This document shows positions 47,093 to 56,945 of a stretch of DNA of 64,000 nucleotides, in pieces. The DNA comes from Escherichia phage KarlGJung, in the sequence record MZ501089, one strand, 5' to 3'. The notes beneath the pieces are model-generated. The model was not told where the DNA came from and ran no database searches. It worked only from the letters and a program-made list of their open reading frames with translations. Made by a program: the position numbers and the translations under genes. Position 1 is the stretch's first letter. Each line of letters begins with the position of its first letter.

Positions 47093-47263
47093 TCCGCATA
47101 ATACGCCATACAGAGGCTCGTTAGAACTTTTAAATTTTATGCGCTTATATGTTATAGTTCCTTCTGCTTTAGCTTTATCATGAGACTCTTTAAAGCGTCT
47201 CAGCATTTCCTCTTTAGAGGAATGAATTTTATTATAATCTATTTCAGAAGTCTGGGTGTTCAT
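47090..47263 (-). CDS. Hypothetical 57 aa protein (below track cutoff; weak SD)
   Basis: Hand-translated MNTQTSEIDYNKIHSSKEEMLRRFKESHDKAKAEGTITYKRIKFKSSNEPLYGVLCG. Confidence 0.3.
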   Translation of the reverse strand: MNTQTSEIDYNKIHSSKEEMLRRFKESHDKAKAEGTITYKRIKFKSSNEPLYGVLCG

Positions 47264-47266
47264 CTT

Positions 47267-47473
47267 TCACAGTTGCCACCATTTTTTAACTTGATAAGAA
47301 TCAACCCACACTTTCATATTAGGGTCTGCTCTTACAATAGGAGGATTAACTTCTTTAATTGAACTATCATGGTATTCTTTTTCAGAAATTTTCACACAAA
47401 GATGACCATTCAAAGATTCAGTAAATCCTGCATTAATTTTAAGACGCTTGAATTTTACGTGTGTAAGCATCAA
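47267..47473 (-). CDS. Hypothetical protein, 68 aa
   Basis: Track ORF. Confidence 0.4.
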   Translation of the reverse strand: MMLTHVKFKRLKINAGFTESLNGHLCVKISEKEYHDSSIKEVNPPIVRADPNMKVWVDSYQVKKWWQL

Positions 47474-47756
47474 TCATATCCTCAATTTGCGATCTAGTAG
47501 TCTTCCAAAGAATACTGATAAGTTCATCGTTATATGGCTGTTTTAGAATATCCCGACTTTTCTTGATAGCATATTCGTATTGAGCAAAATTATTATTTTC
47601 AGCTGCGATCTGAGCGTGCTTATAAAGACGATTCAGTTCGCGTTTGTTTTTAGACAATAACTTATTTGCTTTTCTTTCTGCTTCAAGACGGTTCTTTTCT
47701 TCAATAGAAGAAATAAGCTTTTCCACTTCATCATTAATTTCGGGTTTATCAGTCAT
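47439..47756 (-). CDS. Hypothetical protein, 105 aa
   Basis: Track ORF. Confidence 0.45.
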   Translation of the reverse strand: MTDKPEINDEVEKLISSIEEKNRLEAERKANKLLSKNKRELNRLYKHAQIAAENNNFAQYEYAIKKSRDILKQPYNDELISILWKTTRSQIEDMIDAYTRKIQAS

Positions 47757-47757
47757 A

Positions 47758-47976
47758 TTATTTCTCTAATATAAAATAAAAATCATCATCTGTTAAATGA
47801 TACCGATAGTTTAATTCTACACCATTAGATTTAAAAGCGGTATCATACGGATTTTCTGGATCAATATCAATGTCAAGAGCTAAAACTTCCCTGAGATACA
47901 TTTTAAGTAAATAGGGAATAGCTTCAACTTCAGGTATTTCTTCCAAGAATCCGGAGAGGTTAATCGTTAGCCTCAT
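47758..47976 (-). CDS. Hypothetical protein, 72 aa (55.1 position)
   Basis: Track ORF. Confidence 0.4.
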
Positions 47977-48517
47977 ATAAAAAATCCAAACTAGGAGAAT
48001 CGTCTACAACACTTTTCTTTTCAGCCCCCGGTGTTCTATAGGTTGATTCTTCGTAATGCGTCATTTTATCGTAGATGTCTTGAATAAAAGTTTCATCTAC
48101 TAACGCAACCATATCGTCGTCACGACTGTCATAGACATTGTGAACGAAGTAACTATATTTCTTTGCAACTTCCTTACGTTCTTTTTTAATACGCTGGACG
48201 AATGCATTAAAACAAGCTTGAGTTATATACGCATGTGGGTTTTTATATTTCGTTTCATCAAAATTATGAAGCCCCTTAATAGAAGCTTCTATACCATCTG
48301 CAATCATTTCTTGTTTCCAAGACTGGGTGTATCCTGAAAAGTTGAAACGTTTAGATAAGCCTTCTGCAATAAGCATAATGGCTAATCCAATAGTATCATT
48401 TTGACGAACTACTTTATTTGGGTCTTTATTATTTGCTAATTCTGTTTTCCAATCAATAATAGCTTGTAAAAGCTCTTTATTGTTTACGTAATTATATTTA
48501 GGCTTAGTTTCTGACAT
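47960..48517 (-). CDS. 55: Late-transcription sigma factor gp55
   Basis: Track ORF 47960..48523 (GTG) trimmed to ATG with SD AGAGGTG: [53 protein letters not shown]... 185 aa. Confidence 0.85.
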
Positions 48518-48595
48518 TTTCACCTCTTAGCTCAATTCATAGATCTATTATATCATAATATTTGAAGATCTATCTTAAAGCATAGAGGATATCAG

Positions 48596-48865
48596 TTATC
48601 TAAGTAAACAGTATGCTTGGAATACTTTTTCCATCATCTTTTTAAATTCATGAATATCTATATAATGACTAGTTAAATCAGCATGATATAAAAAGTCTAA
48701 AAACTTTTCATGTGTACTAACATATTCACTTTCATTTAATTCAGAAACATGACTTTCCCAATATCCAACACCAGTTTTATTTGGGAAAAATGAAATTTTC
48801 ATGTATTGGTCAACATAGAAAATGCCATAATTTTCAATAGTAATAGAAATATTAATAAATTTCAT
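48596..48865 (-). CDS. Hypothetical protein, 89 aa
   Basis: Track ORF. Confidence 0.4.
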   Translation of the reverse strand: MKFINISITIENYGIFYVDQYMKISFFPNKTGVGYWESHVSELNESEYVSTHEKFLDFLYHADLTSHYIDIHEFKKMMEKVFQAYCLLR

Positions 48866-49077
48866 ACATTCATCAACTTAGCCGCTTCAAGAGCTGCATC
48901 TAGTGAATCAAATTGGTCAACATATTCAATCAATTCGCCATAATTGGCATATAACCACCATTGGCTAAATTCATACTCAAGGATGAATCCATTTCCTTCA
49001 ATTTGAGTTAAACCATTGCCGTTTGTATTTACTTCATACCCAGCGAGACGTAAATCGTTAATAAGAGCTTCGTTCAT
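48862..49077 (-). CDS. Hypothetical protein, 71 aa
   Basis: Track ORF; ATGA overlap. Confidence 0.4.
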   Translation of the reverse strand: MNEALINDLRLAGYEVNTNGNGLTQIEGNGFILEYEFSQWWLYANYGELIEYVDQFDSLDAALEAAKLMNV

Positions 49078-49079
49078 AA

Positions 49080-49406
49080 TTATACCTTAGTAATTTTCAG
49101 GTCTGCAAATTTTTTCTTGCGTTGATTTTTCATGCGACGAATAGTTTTATCGGAAATTTCATGCTTTTGATAAGCTTTAGATTCTACACCAAAAGCTTTA
49201 ACATCAAATTCTGACAAGATATATTGAACCAACAATTCACGGATAGTATTACGTCCAATCTTCTGATCATTCTGTTTCATCGTCTGATGAAGCTCTTTTT
49301 CCCATTTATCCAAAATTTGAGGAGTTACAATATCGCCTTTTTCTAGCAAAGAAACTACTTTATCATATGCGTAAGAATTAATGACGTTTTTAATTTGAAT
49401 AGTCAT
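49080..49406 (-). CDS. Hypothetical protein, 108 aa
   Basis: Track ORF. Confidence 0.45.
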   Translation of the reverse strand: MTIQIKNVINSYAYDKVVSLLEKGDIVTPQILDKWEKELHQTMKQNDQKIGRNTIRELLVQYILSEFDVKAFGVESKAYQKHEISDKTIRRMKNQRKKKFADLKITKV

Positions 49407-49444
49407 ACATTATCCTCAATTACGTTAAAATTTTATTATCCAAA

Positions 49445-49460
49445 AAGGGCCGAAGCCCTT
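49445..49460 (-). other. UUCG-tetraloop hairpin
   Basis: aagggc-cgaa-gccctt. Confidence 0.5.
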
Positions 49461-49659
49461 AGCTAAACTTTTTGGCACCCTTCCAGCCTTCATACATCAT
49501 TGCGGCTGATATTAATATTGCTCCTGAGCAACTTGAATATTTGTGATTCCAAAACCAGTTTAGAAAAACTTCATCATTAATACCTTGGGCTATCATATTT
49601 TCAAAGAACTGACGACGAGATTCGGCAATTCGTTGTGATAATTTAGATTCAGGATTCAT
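49459..49659 (-). CDS. Hypothetical protein, 66 aa
   Basis: Track ORF. Confidence 0.4.
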   Translation of the reverse strand: MNPESKLSQRIAESRRQFFENMIAQGINDEVFLNWFWNHKYSSCSGAILISAAMMYEGWKGAKKFS

Positions 49660-49791
49660 TTAAATTTTCCAGTTACCGTTTTCATCAATAAATTTAATCC
49701 AGTCATTTACTGACCACTTAGTTGTATCACCTTTTGGAGTAACATTTAAAGTGTATAACCCCTGCTTAAAAAGCATTCGTTTGATATTCAT
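49660..49791 (-). CDS. Hypothetical 43 aa protein (internal ATG of track ORF 49660..49875)
   Basis: MNIKRMLFKQGLYTLNVTPKGDTTKWSVNDWIKFIDENGNWKI; SD GAGGAA. Confidence 0.3.
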   Translation of the reverse strand: MNIKRMLFKQGLYTLNVTPKGDTTKWSVNDWIKFIDENGNWKI

Positions 49792-49798
49792 AATTTCC

Positions 49799-50092
49799 TC
49801 AGCTGTAACGATAACACTCGTTTGATTTACGTTTAGCAACTCGTTGAGAAGTATTATAATCAAAATCATCGTCAATGTAAACTGATTTTTTCAACTTTCT
49901 TACTTCACCACGTAATTGGCGATTTAGCTCATCTTTAACTTCTGAATCAATACCTTTCATTCTACGCCATTTATCTGAGCGAAAAATGTTTTCAACCATA
50001 TCTTTATGACTTACACCATCAGGAGCTTTACGCTTTCCGAAATAGTCATAATCACGCACTTTTAAGTCTTTACGACGATACGTTTTACCCAT
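49799..50092 (-). CDS. Hypothetical basic protein, about 97 aa
   Basis: Track ORF 49799..50131 trimmed to internal ATG with SD AAGGAAA: MGKTYRRKDLKVRDYDYFGKRKAPDG... Confidence 0.35.
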   Translation of the reverse strand: MGKTYRRKDLKVRDYDYFGKRKAPDGVSHKDMVENIFRSDKWRRMKGIDSEVKDELNRQLRGEVRKLKKSVYIDDDFDYNTSQRVAKRKSNECYRYS

Positions 50093-50267
50093 AGAGTTTA
50101 ATTTCCTTAGCAACTGAACTAAATGCAGCACGATCGCAAATCATGCGTTTATGTAACTTGAGTATAATATAGCAAACTTCAAAACTATTTACATGAGTAA
50201 CACGAACAGCATTACCATTAATGAGATAATACTGTCCCTTTTTAATTTCTTTATCAACCATAACCAT
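50085..50267 (-). CDS. Hypothetical protein, 60 aa
   Basis: Track ORF with early promoter upstream. Confidence 0.35.
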   Translation of the reverse strand: MVMVDKEIKKGQYYLINGNAVRVTHVNSFEVCYIILKLHKRMICDRAAFSSVAKEIKLYG

Positions 50268-50297
50268 ATCAATTCCTCAAAGGTAATTCATATGTTA

Positions 50298-50327
50298 ATA
50301 ATACCACGGTTTGAACTTATTGTAAAC
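50298..50327 (-). promoter_or_regulatory. Early promoter (GTTTAC-N18-TATTAT)
   Basis: gtaaac 50322-50327, ataata 50298-50303. Confidence 0.55.
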
Positions 50328-50408
50328 AACTTTGTGAAAAATATTTTAGGGAATGACAAGAAGGGAACGATAGCTTAGAATGGTAATATACAGAATGTAA
50401 GAAAGAAA

Positions 50409-50421
50409 GGCCCAGAGGGCC
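50409..50421 (-). other. GC hairpin just downstream of nrdH
   Basis: ggccc-aga-gggcc. Confidence 0.4.
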
Positions 50422-50425
50422 CGCC

Positions 50426-50734
50426 TTAGTCTTCTATGATATCTCTATCGTATCCAAGTGAAATGAGAGTTTCTTTGAAGTGTTTAATGTTCTTTTGTCT
50501 AGAATCATTGATGAAAATGACTGGATAACGAATGTTAAGAGATGTGAATCCAGCGCGTTTAGCAAGAGATACAATCAGTGGACGATCATACTCAATCTTA
50601 CCATTATTTGTAAGAACTTTATAGAAAGTAAAAGGAGCATTGAGCTCCTTTAGAAGTTTTGTAACTGATTGACATCCAGGACAACGACCTACTTCATCTG
50701 GAATTCCATAGACTTCAATCTTATTTTGTTTCAC
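50426..50734 (-). CDS. nrdH: Glutaredoxin-like protein NrdH
   Basis: 102 aa with CPGC redox motif (EVGRCPGCQS); apparent GTG start with SD AAGGAA; upstream of nrdG/nrdD. Confidence 0.55.
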   Translation of the reverse strand: MKQNKIEVYGIPDEVGRCPGCQSVTKLLKELNAPFTFYKVLTNNGKIEYDRPLIVSLAKRAGFTSLNIRYPVIFINDSRQKNIKHFKETLISLGYDRDIIED

Positions 50735-50736
50735 AA

Positions 50737-50949
50737 CTATTCCTTACTAAGAGCAGCATTCAGCTTGTTAGTAATTTTATCCAGACGCTCATTGAACTCA
50801 CTAGAAGATAAGCCCTTTTCTGGAGAAATCAAACTAATCACGAAAAATATAGCAATAAAAGGAATAAGGAAAATAGCTCCAACTGCCATAAACAGAAAGA
50901 ATGTTACAGTTGTAAGAAAATCAGCTAAACCTTTACGAAATTTATACAT
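50737..50949 (-). CDS. Small membrane protein, 70 aa
   Basis: Hydrophobic TFFLFMAVGAIFLIPFIAIFFVISLI. Confidence 0.4.
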   Translation of the reverse strand: MYKFRKGLADFLTTVTFFLFMAVGAIFLIPFIAIFFVISLISPEKGLSSSEFNERLDKITNKLNAALSKE

Positions 50950-51064
50950 ATTTTACCCTTAATTGATTAACCAAGCATTGATAAGCACTAAACTATATTG
51001 AGAATAAAATTCTGGACCAAAATGAAAAATCATATCATTTATAGTATCCATAATGCAATTCAAT

Positions 51065-51535
51065 TTAATCATGTTTCCACACCCCATCGGTATTTGACCA
51101 AAGTCGCTGATTATCTGATCCTCGCCACAGCTTTTTAGTCGGAAGATTTTTCTCATACTTCCCATCAATAATAACATCAACATATTTAAGCATTTCTAGT
51201 TGTTTAATATCTTCAAACTTATATCCTGTCCATAACCAAATGCTTTTATTGGGATAAAGATTTTTTACTGTTTGAACAATGCAATGAATAACATCTCGAT
51301 TATCCGGATAGAGAGGGTCTCCTCCAGTTATAGTCAATCCTTCTATATAATCATTATTCAAACATTCAATTAATTGTTCTAGTGTTTCACCAGTGAATGG
51401 AATACCATTTCTAGCATTCCATGTTGATTTATTATAACACCCTTCGCATTTATGCAAACAACCTGTAACGAAAAGAACGACCCTGCAACCAGGGCCATTC
51501 ACAAAATCGCAAGGATAAAATCTATCATAATTCAT
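51065..51535 (-). CDS. nrdG: Anaerobic ribonucleotide reductase activating protein NrdG (radical SAM)
   Basis: 156 aa MNYDRFYPCDFVNGPGCRVVLFVTGCLHKCEGCYN; ATGA overlap with nrdD stop. Confidence 0.85.
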   Translation of the reverse strand: MNYDRFYPCDFVNGPGCRVVLFVTGCLHKCEGCYNKSTWNARNGIPFTGETLEQLIECLNNDYIEGLTITGGDPLYPDNRDVIHCIVQTVKNLYPNKSIWLWTGYKFEDIKQLEMLKYVDVIIDGKYEKNLPTKKLWRGSDNQRLWSNTDGVWKHD

Positions 51536-53349
51536 TGATGCTTAACCCTATGCATGATTTCTTTATTTTTGCCGAGATTAAATCCACGTTCGTTCGGATT
51601 TCCCAAATAACCACATGTTCTTCTTATTGTGTTCATCTTTTTAGGATCAGTTTCTCCACAAATAGAACAAACAAATCCGTTTTCAGTAGGAGTCATTTCA
51701 TGGGTACTTCCACATGTAAAACATTTATCTACTGGCATATTAACACCAAAATAATCTAAATGTTGTGCAGCATAATCCCATACGGCCTCAAGACCCTTTA
51801 AGTTATTTTTCATATCAGGAAGTTCAACATAAGAAATGTGACCACCTGTCGCAATGAAATGATATGGCGCTTCACGAGAAATCTTTTCAAACGGAGTAAT
51901 ATTTTCTTCTACTGAAACGTGGAAACTGTTAGTGTACCAGCCTTTATCGGTAACATCTTTTACACTTCCATATTTTTCTGTATCAAGTTTACAGAAGCGA
52001 TAACAAAGGTTTTCAGCAGGAGTCGAATATAAACTAAAAGCAAATCCAGTTCTTTCAGTCCACTGTTTAAGATGAGCATTCATCTTAGTTAAAATTTCTT
52101 GTCCAATATCACGACCTACAAGAATATTCAATTCGTGAATACCAATGTATCCTAGAGACACTGAACTTCTGCCATTTTTAAATAACTCAATTATATCGTC
52201 ATCAGGTTTAAGACGAACCCCGAATGCACCTTCTTGGTAAAGAATAGGAGCAACAGTCGCTTTAACTCCTTTTAAGGAACTAATTCTACACATCAATGCT
52301 TCAAAACATAAATCCATTCGTTCATTGAACAATTCAACAAATTTCTGTTCATTGAATTGTGTTCCAATATAAGAATCTAACGCGATACGAGGAAGATTCA
52401 GTGTTACAACACCGAGATTATTACGTCCATCAAGAATTTCATTGCCAGTCGAATCTTTCCATACGCCCAAGAAACTACGACAACCCATTGGAGAAACAGG
52501 AATAGATGAGCCGGTGATAGCTTTATTGTTCTTAGCTGAAATAATGTCAGGATACATCCTTTTGCTTGCGCACTCTAGAGCAAGCTGCTTAATATCATAG
52601 TTCGGATCGTCTTTATAAAGATTAACACCTTCTTCAACGAACATAACAAGCTTAGGGAAAATAGGAGTTATCCCATCACGACCAAGACCTTTAATACGAT
52701 TTTTCAGAATTGCTTTCTGAATCATTCGTTCAGTCCAGTCAGTTCCCGTACCAAATGTAATTGTTACAAAAGGAGTCTGTCCGTTTGAACTAAAGAGAGT
52801 ATTTACTTCATATTCATAAGCTTGGAATGCATCGTATACGTCTTTTTCTGTTTTAGATTGAGCATAATTCAACGCATCGGCGATTTGCCATTTTTCTGCA
52901 TCCTCAATATGTTTTGCATAGGTGCGTTTAACATAAGGAGAAAGTACTTTATCTACATTCGCAAAAGTCGTTCCGCCGTATTGGTGAGAAGCAACCTGTG
53001 CGGTAATTTGTGCCATAATTGCAGTAGCAACACCGATTGATTTAGGAGTTTCAATCTGTGCATTACCAAGCTTAAATCCATTCTCAAGCATTCCTTTTAA
53101 ATCTACTAAACAACAATTAGTAAATGGAAGAGCAGGGGAATAATCAATATCGTGGAAATGGATAATTCCGCTTTCATGCGCTTTCATAATAAAAGACGGG
53201 ACCATATTTTTGGCAATGTGTTTAGACACAATACCAGCCATAAGGTCCCGTTGAGTTGGAAAAACACGAGAATCTTTATTAGCATTCTCGTTTAAAAGGT
53301 CTTTATTAGTTTTATGAATCAATCCTTCAATTTCTTTTTCAATTGTCAT
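51532..53349 (-). CDS. nrdD: Anaerobic ribonucleoside-triphosphate reductase NrdD (uninterrupted)
   Basis: 605 aa continuous ORF; C-terminal zinc ribbon CFTCGSTHE...CSICGE and glycyl-radical motif RTCGYLG. Confidence 0.9.
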   Translation of the reverse strand: MTIEKEIEGLIHKTNKDLLNENANKDSRVFPTQRDLMAGIVSKHIAKNMVPSFIMKAHESGIIHFHDIDYSPALPFTNCCLVDLKGMLENGFKLGNAQIETPKSIGVATAIMAQITAQVASHQYGGTTFANVDKVLSPYVKRTYAKHIEDAEKWQIADALNYAQSKTEKDVYDAFQAYEYEVNTLFSSNGQTPFVTITFGTGTDWTERMIQKAILKNRIKGLGRDGITPIFPKLVMFVEEGVNLYKDDPNYDIKQLALECASKRMYPDIISAKNNKAITGSSIPVSPMGCRSFLGVWKDSTGNEILDGRNNLGVVTLNLPRIALDSYIGTQFNEQKFVELFNERMDLCFEALMCRISSLKGVKATVAPILYQEGAFGVRLKPDDDIIELFKNGRSSVSLGYIGIHELNILVGRDIGQEILTKMNAHLKQWTERTGFAFSLYSTPAENLCYRFCKLDTEKYGSVKDVTDKGWYTNSFHVSVEENITPFEKISREAPYHFIATGGHISYVELPDMKNNLKGLEAVWDYAAQHLDYFGVNMPVDKCFTCGSTHEMTPTENGFVCSICGETDPKKMNTIRRTCGYLGNPNERGFNLGKNKEIMHRVKHQ

Positions 53350-53819
53350 TTTAAACTCTTTCTAAGCTGCTTCTTGAATGAAGCTATTAATTGTGTTTTG
53401 GTGTCAGATTCATTATATTCAAATCCTCTTTGAAGCATCTCGGCCATCATTTCCTCTTTTCCTAAACGAGAAAATTCCTTTGATTTATCTCCAACAAAGT
53501 TAGGGTGAATATTATTTTGGGTGTAATCGGATTTTAAATAAGTAAGTAAATTTTCTAACCATTCAAGATAATCAACACCTTGTCCCTTTAAGCCAGAACG
53601 ATTAAATTTATGCTTCATTTGACCTTCTGCGGCATTGCATAGATTACAAAGCAATCCACGTACCTTTCCTGCTTTTGGTCCATTTAATTCATGGTCATGA
53701 TCAAGATGATTAGCTTGAACATCAGGATTTAGTTCTCGTTGGCAAATTAAGCATTTACCGTTTTGTGCATTATAAAATTTTTGTTTTTCTTCTTTGTATA
53801 ATTTGCCAGTCAATAACAT
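53346..53819 (-). CDS. 49: Endonuclease VII gp49 (Holliday junction resolvase)
   Basis: 157 aa MLLTGKLYKEEKQKFYNAQNGKCLICQRELNPDVQANHLDHDHELNGPKAGKVRGLLCNLCN... Confidence 0.85.
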   Translation of the reverse strand: MLLTGKLYKEEKQKFYNAQNGKCLICQRELNPDVQANHLDHDHELNGPKAGKVRGLLCNLCNAAEGQMKHKFNRSGLKGQGVDYLEWLENLLTYLKSDYTQNNIHPNFVGDKSKEFSRLGKEEMMAEMLQRGFEYNESDTKTQLIASFKKQLRKSLK

Positions 53820-53861
53820 AATAAAACCCTTACCTTAAATAGATAAGGGTATTTATTATTT

Positions 53862-54038
53862 TTAAGTATTGTAAAACATTCGATGCAATCGTTTATACTG
53901 TCGAATCATCTTTTTAGTAGGACGAGAATAAGTTCCTACGCAAGTGGTCATATGAGGGTCCGTAGAATGTCCTTTAATAAAAAGTTTCCAAACCTTACCG
54001 CCATTTAACTTTTCAGTATAAACCAATTCGGTTTTCAT
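53862..54038 (-). CDS. Hypothetical 58 aa protein whose C-terminus duplicates that of the next ORF (below track cutoff)
   Basis: Hand-translated MKTELVYTEKLNGGKVWKLFIKGHSTDPHMTTCVGTYSRPTKKMIRQYKRLHRMFYNT. Confidence 0.3.
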   Translation of the reverse strand: MKTELVYTEKLNGGKVWKLFIKGHSTDPHMTTCVGTYSRPTKKMIRQYKRLHRMFYNT

Positions 54039-54074
54039 TAAAATGTCCTGTCAGAAAAAGAATTTTGAGTTTTT

Positions 54075-54578
54075 TCAAGTATTATAAAACATTTGATGCA
54101 ATCGCTTATATTGCCGAATCTTTTGGTCAGAAAAAGAAATTTGAGTTTCAAGCCATTCAATGTACTCTGCGGCAGCTTGCATCAGGTTACCTTCATAGCC
54201 ATCGTTATTTTCTTGTGCAGCTAATTTAGCTAATGCGTATGAAATACGTTCACCTTGAAAACCGGCTTTAGGCTTCTGAACAACTTGATTAGTTCGCTCT
54301 ACAACTTCTTCAATTTCGCCATTTTCGACTGATTCAGTATTCCACAAGCACCAATACGTAATTGGCTTATCGTAGATGTTAATAATCTTTCCGTCGGAAA
54401 GTTCAATTTCAATAATTCCAGTGTCAGGCTCTATATCATCTTCACATTCTTTTACAAGTTCACGAACTTTAAAGACAGTACCTGCACTAAGTTCCGGCCA
54501 GTAATTACATAGCCCTGTATCAACACGATTAATTCTAAACCACTTATCTACTGTAATCATGTCCCATCTCCATATCAA
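54075..54578 (-). CDS. Hypothetical protein, 167 aa (49-nrdC interval; start uncertain)
   Basis: Track ORF; C-terminus KIRQYKRLHQMFYNT. Confidence 0.4.
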   Translation of the reverse strand: MIWRWDMITVDKWFRINRVDTGLCNYWPELSAGTVFKVRELVKECEDDIEPDTGIIEIELSDGKIINIYDKPITYWCLWNTESVENGEIEEVVERTNQVVQKPKAGFQGERISYALAKLAAQENNDGYEGNLMQAAAEYIEWLETQISFSDQKIRQYKRLHQMFYNT

Positions 54579-54855
54579 TTAAGTCATTTATCGTTGGTTC
54601 ATTATATACTGTTTCTTCATCAGTGTAAACCGGTTCTTCCGGCTCTGGCTCTACAGTTTCCCATCTAGCCGCCCACCAAGGTTTAACCCCGAAGCTTATT
54701 AAGTTCTTCATAATCAATCCAGGATTCTAATCCTGATGGCAAATCAGATTCAATTTCCCAAAGAAGCTCTTCAATTTTCTGAAGACGATCTAGTTCTTCG
54801 GCTGGAATAGTAACCATTGACGGAGCTCGTGATACATTAATATCGTAAATCATAT

Positions 54856-55071
54856 TTACCCCAATTTAACCATACAATCGCCGTATTTCCACTTAGAAAT
54901 AGACTTTTCACCATTAGAATAATAAACTTCGAGTTTAGCACGATTATTTTTAATTTGAATAACCTTGGCTGTCATCAAAGTTCCATACCCATAATAAACT
55001 GCAACTTCATCACCTACATATACCGCGCTTCCGCGGTAATCATGAATATAGTCAGTTCCTTCGAGCATCAT
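54856..55071 (-). CDS. Hypothetical protein, 71 aa
   Basis: Track ORF. Confidence 0.4.
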   Translation of the reverse strand: MMLEGTDYIHDYRGSAVYVGDEVAVYYGYGTLMTAKVIQIKNNRAKLEVYYSNGEKSISKWKYGDCMVKLG

Positions 55072-55331
55072 TTAAAATATTCTCGCAGTTGGTCAAATCC
55101 ACCAATATGACTTCCATCAGGAGCAAATACCTGGGGCATTGTCAAGCCGATTTGAGTATCACGACCTAGTTTAGTCAGAAGCTCAGCAATTTTCTCATCA
55201 TCAAAAACACCTTTTTCCGGCATAATGTTGATAAATTCAAACGGCTGTTTCTTCACGGTCAAAAGACGTTTTGCATTATCGCAATACACACATTTATGAA
55301 TGTTGCTATCATAACCATATACTTTAAACAT
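55068..55331 (-). CDS. nrdC: Thioredoxin/glutaredoxin NrdC
   Basis: 87 aa MFKVYGYDSNIHKCVYCDNAKRLLTVKKQPFEFINIMPEKGVFDDEKIAELLTKLGRD...; CVYC active site. Confidence 0.85.
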   Translation of the reverse strand: MFKVYGYDSNIHKCVYCDNAKRLLTVKKQPFEFINIMPEKGVFDDEKIAELLTKLGRDTQIGLTMPQVFAPDGSHIGGFDQLREYFK

Positions 55332-55332
55332 A

Positions 55333-55575
55333 TTATTCCTTAATTCCTAGTACTTGTTTAAAAGTCTCGTCGTAATCAAGACTTTGGCCCGTTTGTTCTT
55401 TATGTTTGTATATAATATCACTTACTTCTGATAGCATATTTTTATATGAACGAGTTAAAGCAGATTTAAGCACGCTGTATCTATCAGGAAATTTACCGTG
55501 TTCATTATAATAAGCTATTGCTAATTCACGGACTGCCTTTTCAGCAGCCTCCATATATTCTTTACGCTTGGTCAT
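55333..55575 (-). CDS. Hypothetical protein, 80 aa
   Basis: Track ORF. Confidence 0.45.
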   Translation of the reverse strand: MTKRKEYMEAAEKAVRELAIAYYNEHGKFPDRYSVLKSALTRSYKNMLSEVSDIIYKHKEQTGQSLDYDETFKQVLGIKE

Positions 55576-55577
55576 TT

Positions 55578-55967
55578 TTAATCCAAAATATTATTAGGCA
55601 TTGGTTGAACACTCACAAGTTCTTTAAAGAACTCAGTAGAGTCAGGCAATTTAACCATTTCCGGAGCATGCTTACTGAATTTATGTTTACATTGACGGCA
55701 TTTATATTCAAGCTCTGGTTTACGCCAGTTAATCAATTGAACTTGTTCAGTACCGCATTCAGGGCAATTAGGAACGTTTTTAGAAGCTCTTTCACGTCGT
55801 TCAACCATAGCCATAATAGCATCCCATGCTGGAGGTTTAAAATCTAAATCGTCGCAGCCGTGAATCTTTCCACGCATTTCCATATCATCTTCCTCACCAG
55901 CCATAATAATTTTAATTAAACTGGAATTACTTGAAGCTGCAATGTCTTCTAATAAACGCTTTTTCAT
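55578..55967 (-). CDS. Hypothetical protein, 129 aa, with CxxC...CxxC zinc ribbon
   Basis: Track ORF; CPECGTEQ...CRQCKHKF. Confidence 0.45.
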   Translation of the reverse strand: MKKRLLEDIAASSNSSLIKIIMAGEEDDMEMRGKIHGCDDLDFKPPAWDAIMAMVERRERASKNVPNCPECGTEQVQLINWRKPELEYKCRQCKHKFSKHAPEMVKLPDSTEFFKELVSVQPMPNNILD

Positions 55968-56893
55968 TTCAATACCTCAATAGCATTACGTAAACCATTT
56001 GCTTTTGCATTAAGAGCTTTTAACAATTTGGTGTGTTCTGCAATTTGGGCTTCAACTTCAGTCAAACGGGCATTGAGATATTCACGTTCTTCACTCAGAT
56101 TATCAACCTTTTCTACTTTAGGCTCTTTTACAACTGTCTTATATGTATTAGGGTTCTTCAGTTTAATTAGAATGCGTGAACTGTATAACATTGAACCATT
56201 ATCTTCGGTTTCGTCATACATTTCCACTACGTCCATAATTTTTAACATCATGCGGAGTTTATAAGACAACGAACGAATAGTTTTGTTGTGCTTATTAATT
56301 TCTTTAGCTGTCATGGTGCCAAGATTACGTGAGTAATAATAAGGAACCTGGATATTAATTAATACTGATGAACCACCTGGCTTGTGTGTTACTTCATCAG
56401 CAATAACCCAGTCCTTAACATGAACTGTATTTGTACGGTCATCGCCCGCGGTAAATAGTTTGCGAGCATGCTTAAAAAGCATATTCACTTGGGTATTGAA
56501 TTGACAAGCAAATTTATCAGCAAATTTAGTTTCAGGAATGGTAGATAACCAATCAGCCAAATGGGTCTTTTTAACATCGTTAACAATAGTAAATTGAACC
56601 AAATCGGTTATAGATGTCTCAGATTTAATGAAGCTCGGCTTCATAAAGTTTTTAATGTTATCACGAGCTACAGTAGAAGATAACATACGAGAACGTTTAA
56701 ACCATTCAAGCAAATTGCCTAACGAATGAGAATAAGCGTTTTGAGTATCTTTACAGATATGATTTTCCTGGCCAACATATTGAAGGAAATCACGAAGAAT
56801 ATTATTGATTACTGCTCTGTGTCCGATTTGATAATTACGGTGTTTAGTAATAAGACTGTCAAAATAATCAATATAATGTTTACGAGTTTTCAT
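55964..56893 (-). CDS. Paralog-family protein A (309 aa): unique N-domain plus C-terminal PVE/coiled-coil module
   Basis: Track ORF; tail [54 protein letters not shown]. Confidence 0.5.
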   Translation of the reverse strand: MKTRKHYIDYFDSLITKHRNYQIGHRAVINNILRDFLQYVGQENHICKDTQNAYSHSLGNLLEWFKRSRMLSSTVARDNIKNFMKPSFIKSETSITDLVQFTIVNDVKKTHLADWLSTIPETKFADKFACQFNTQVNMLFKHARKLFTAGDDRTNTVHVKDWVIADEVTHKPGGSSVLINIQVPYYYSRNLGTMTAKEINKHNKTIRSLSYKLRMMLKIMDVVEMYDETEDNGSMLYSSRILIKLKNPNTYKTVVKEPKVEKVDNLSEEREYLNARLTEVEAQIAEHTKLLKALNAKANGLRNAIEVLK

Positions 56894-56945
56894 GTTCTTC
56901 TCACTTGGTTAATGGTTTATACTCCGAGCCATCCTTGGCTTTAAA

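Noticed and set aside
50959-51183. Track ORF 50959..51183 (74 aa) as a gene
   Set aside because: It overlaps the 3' part of nrdG in another frame and has no independent start signal.
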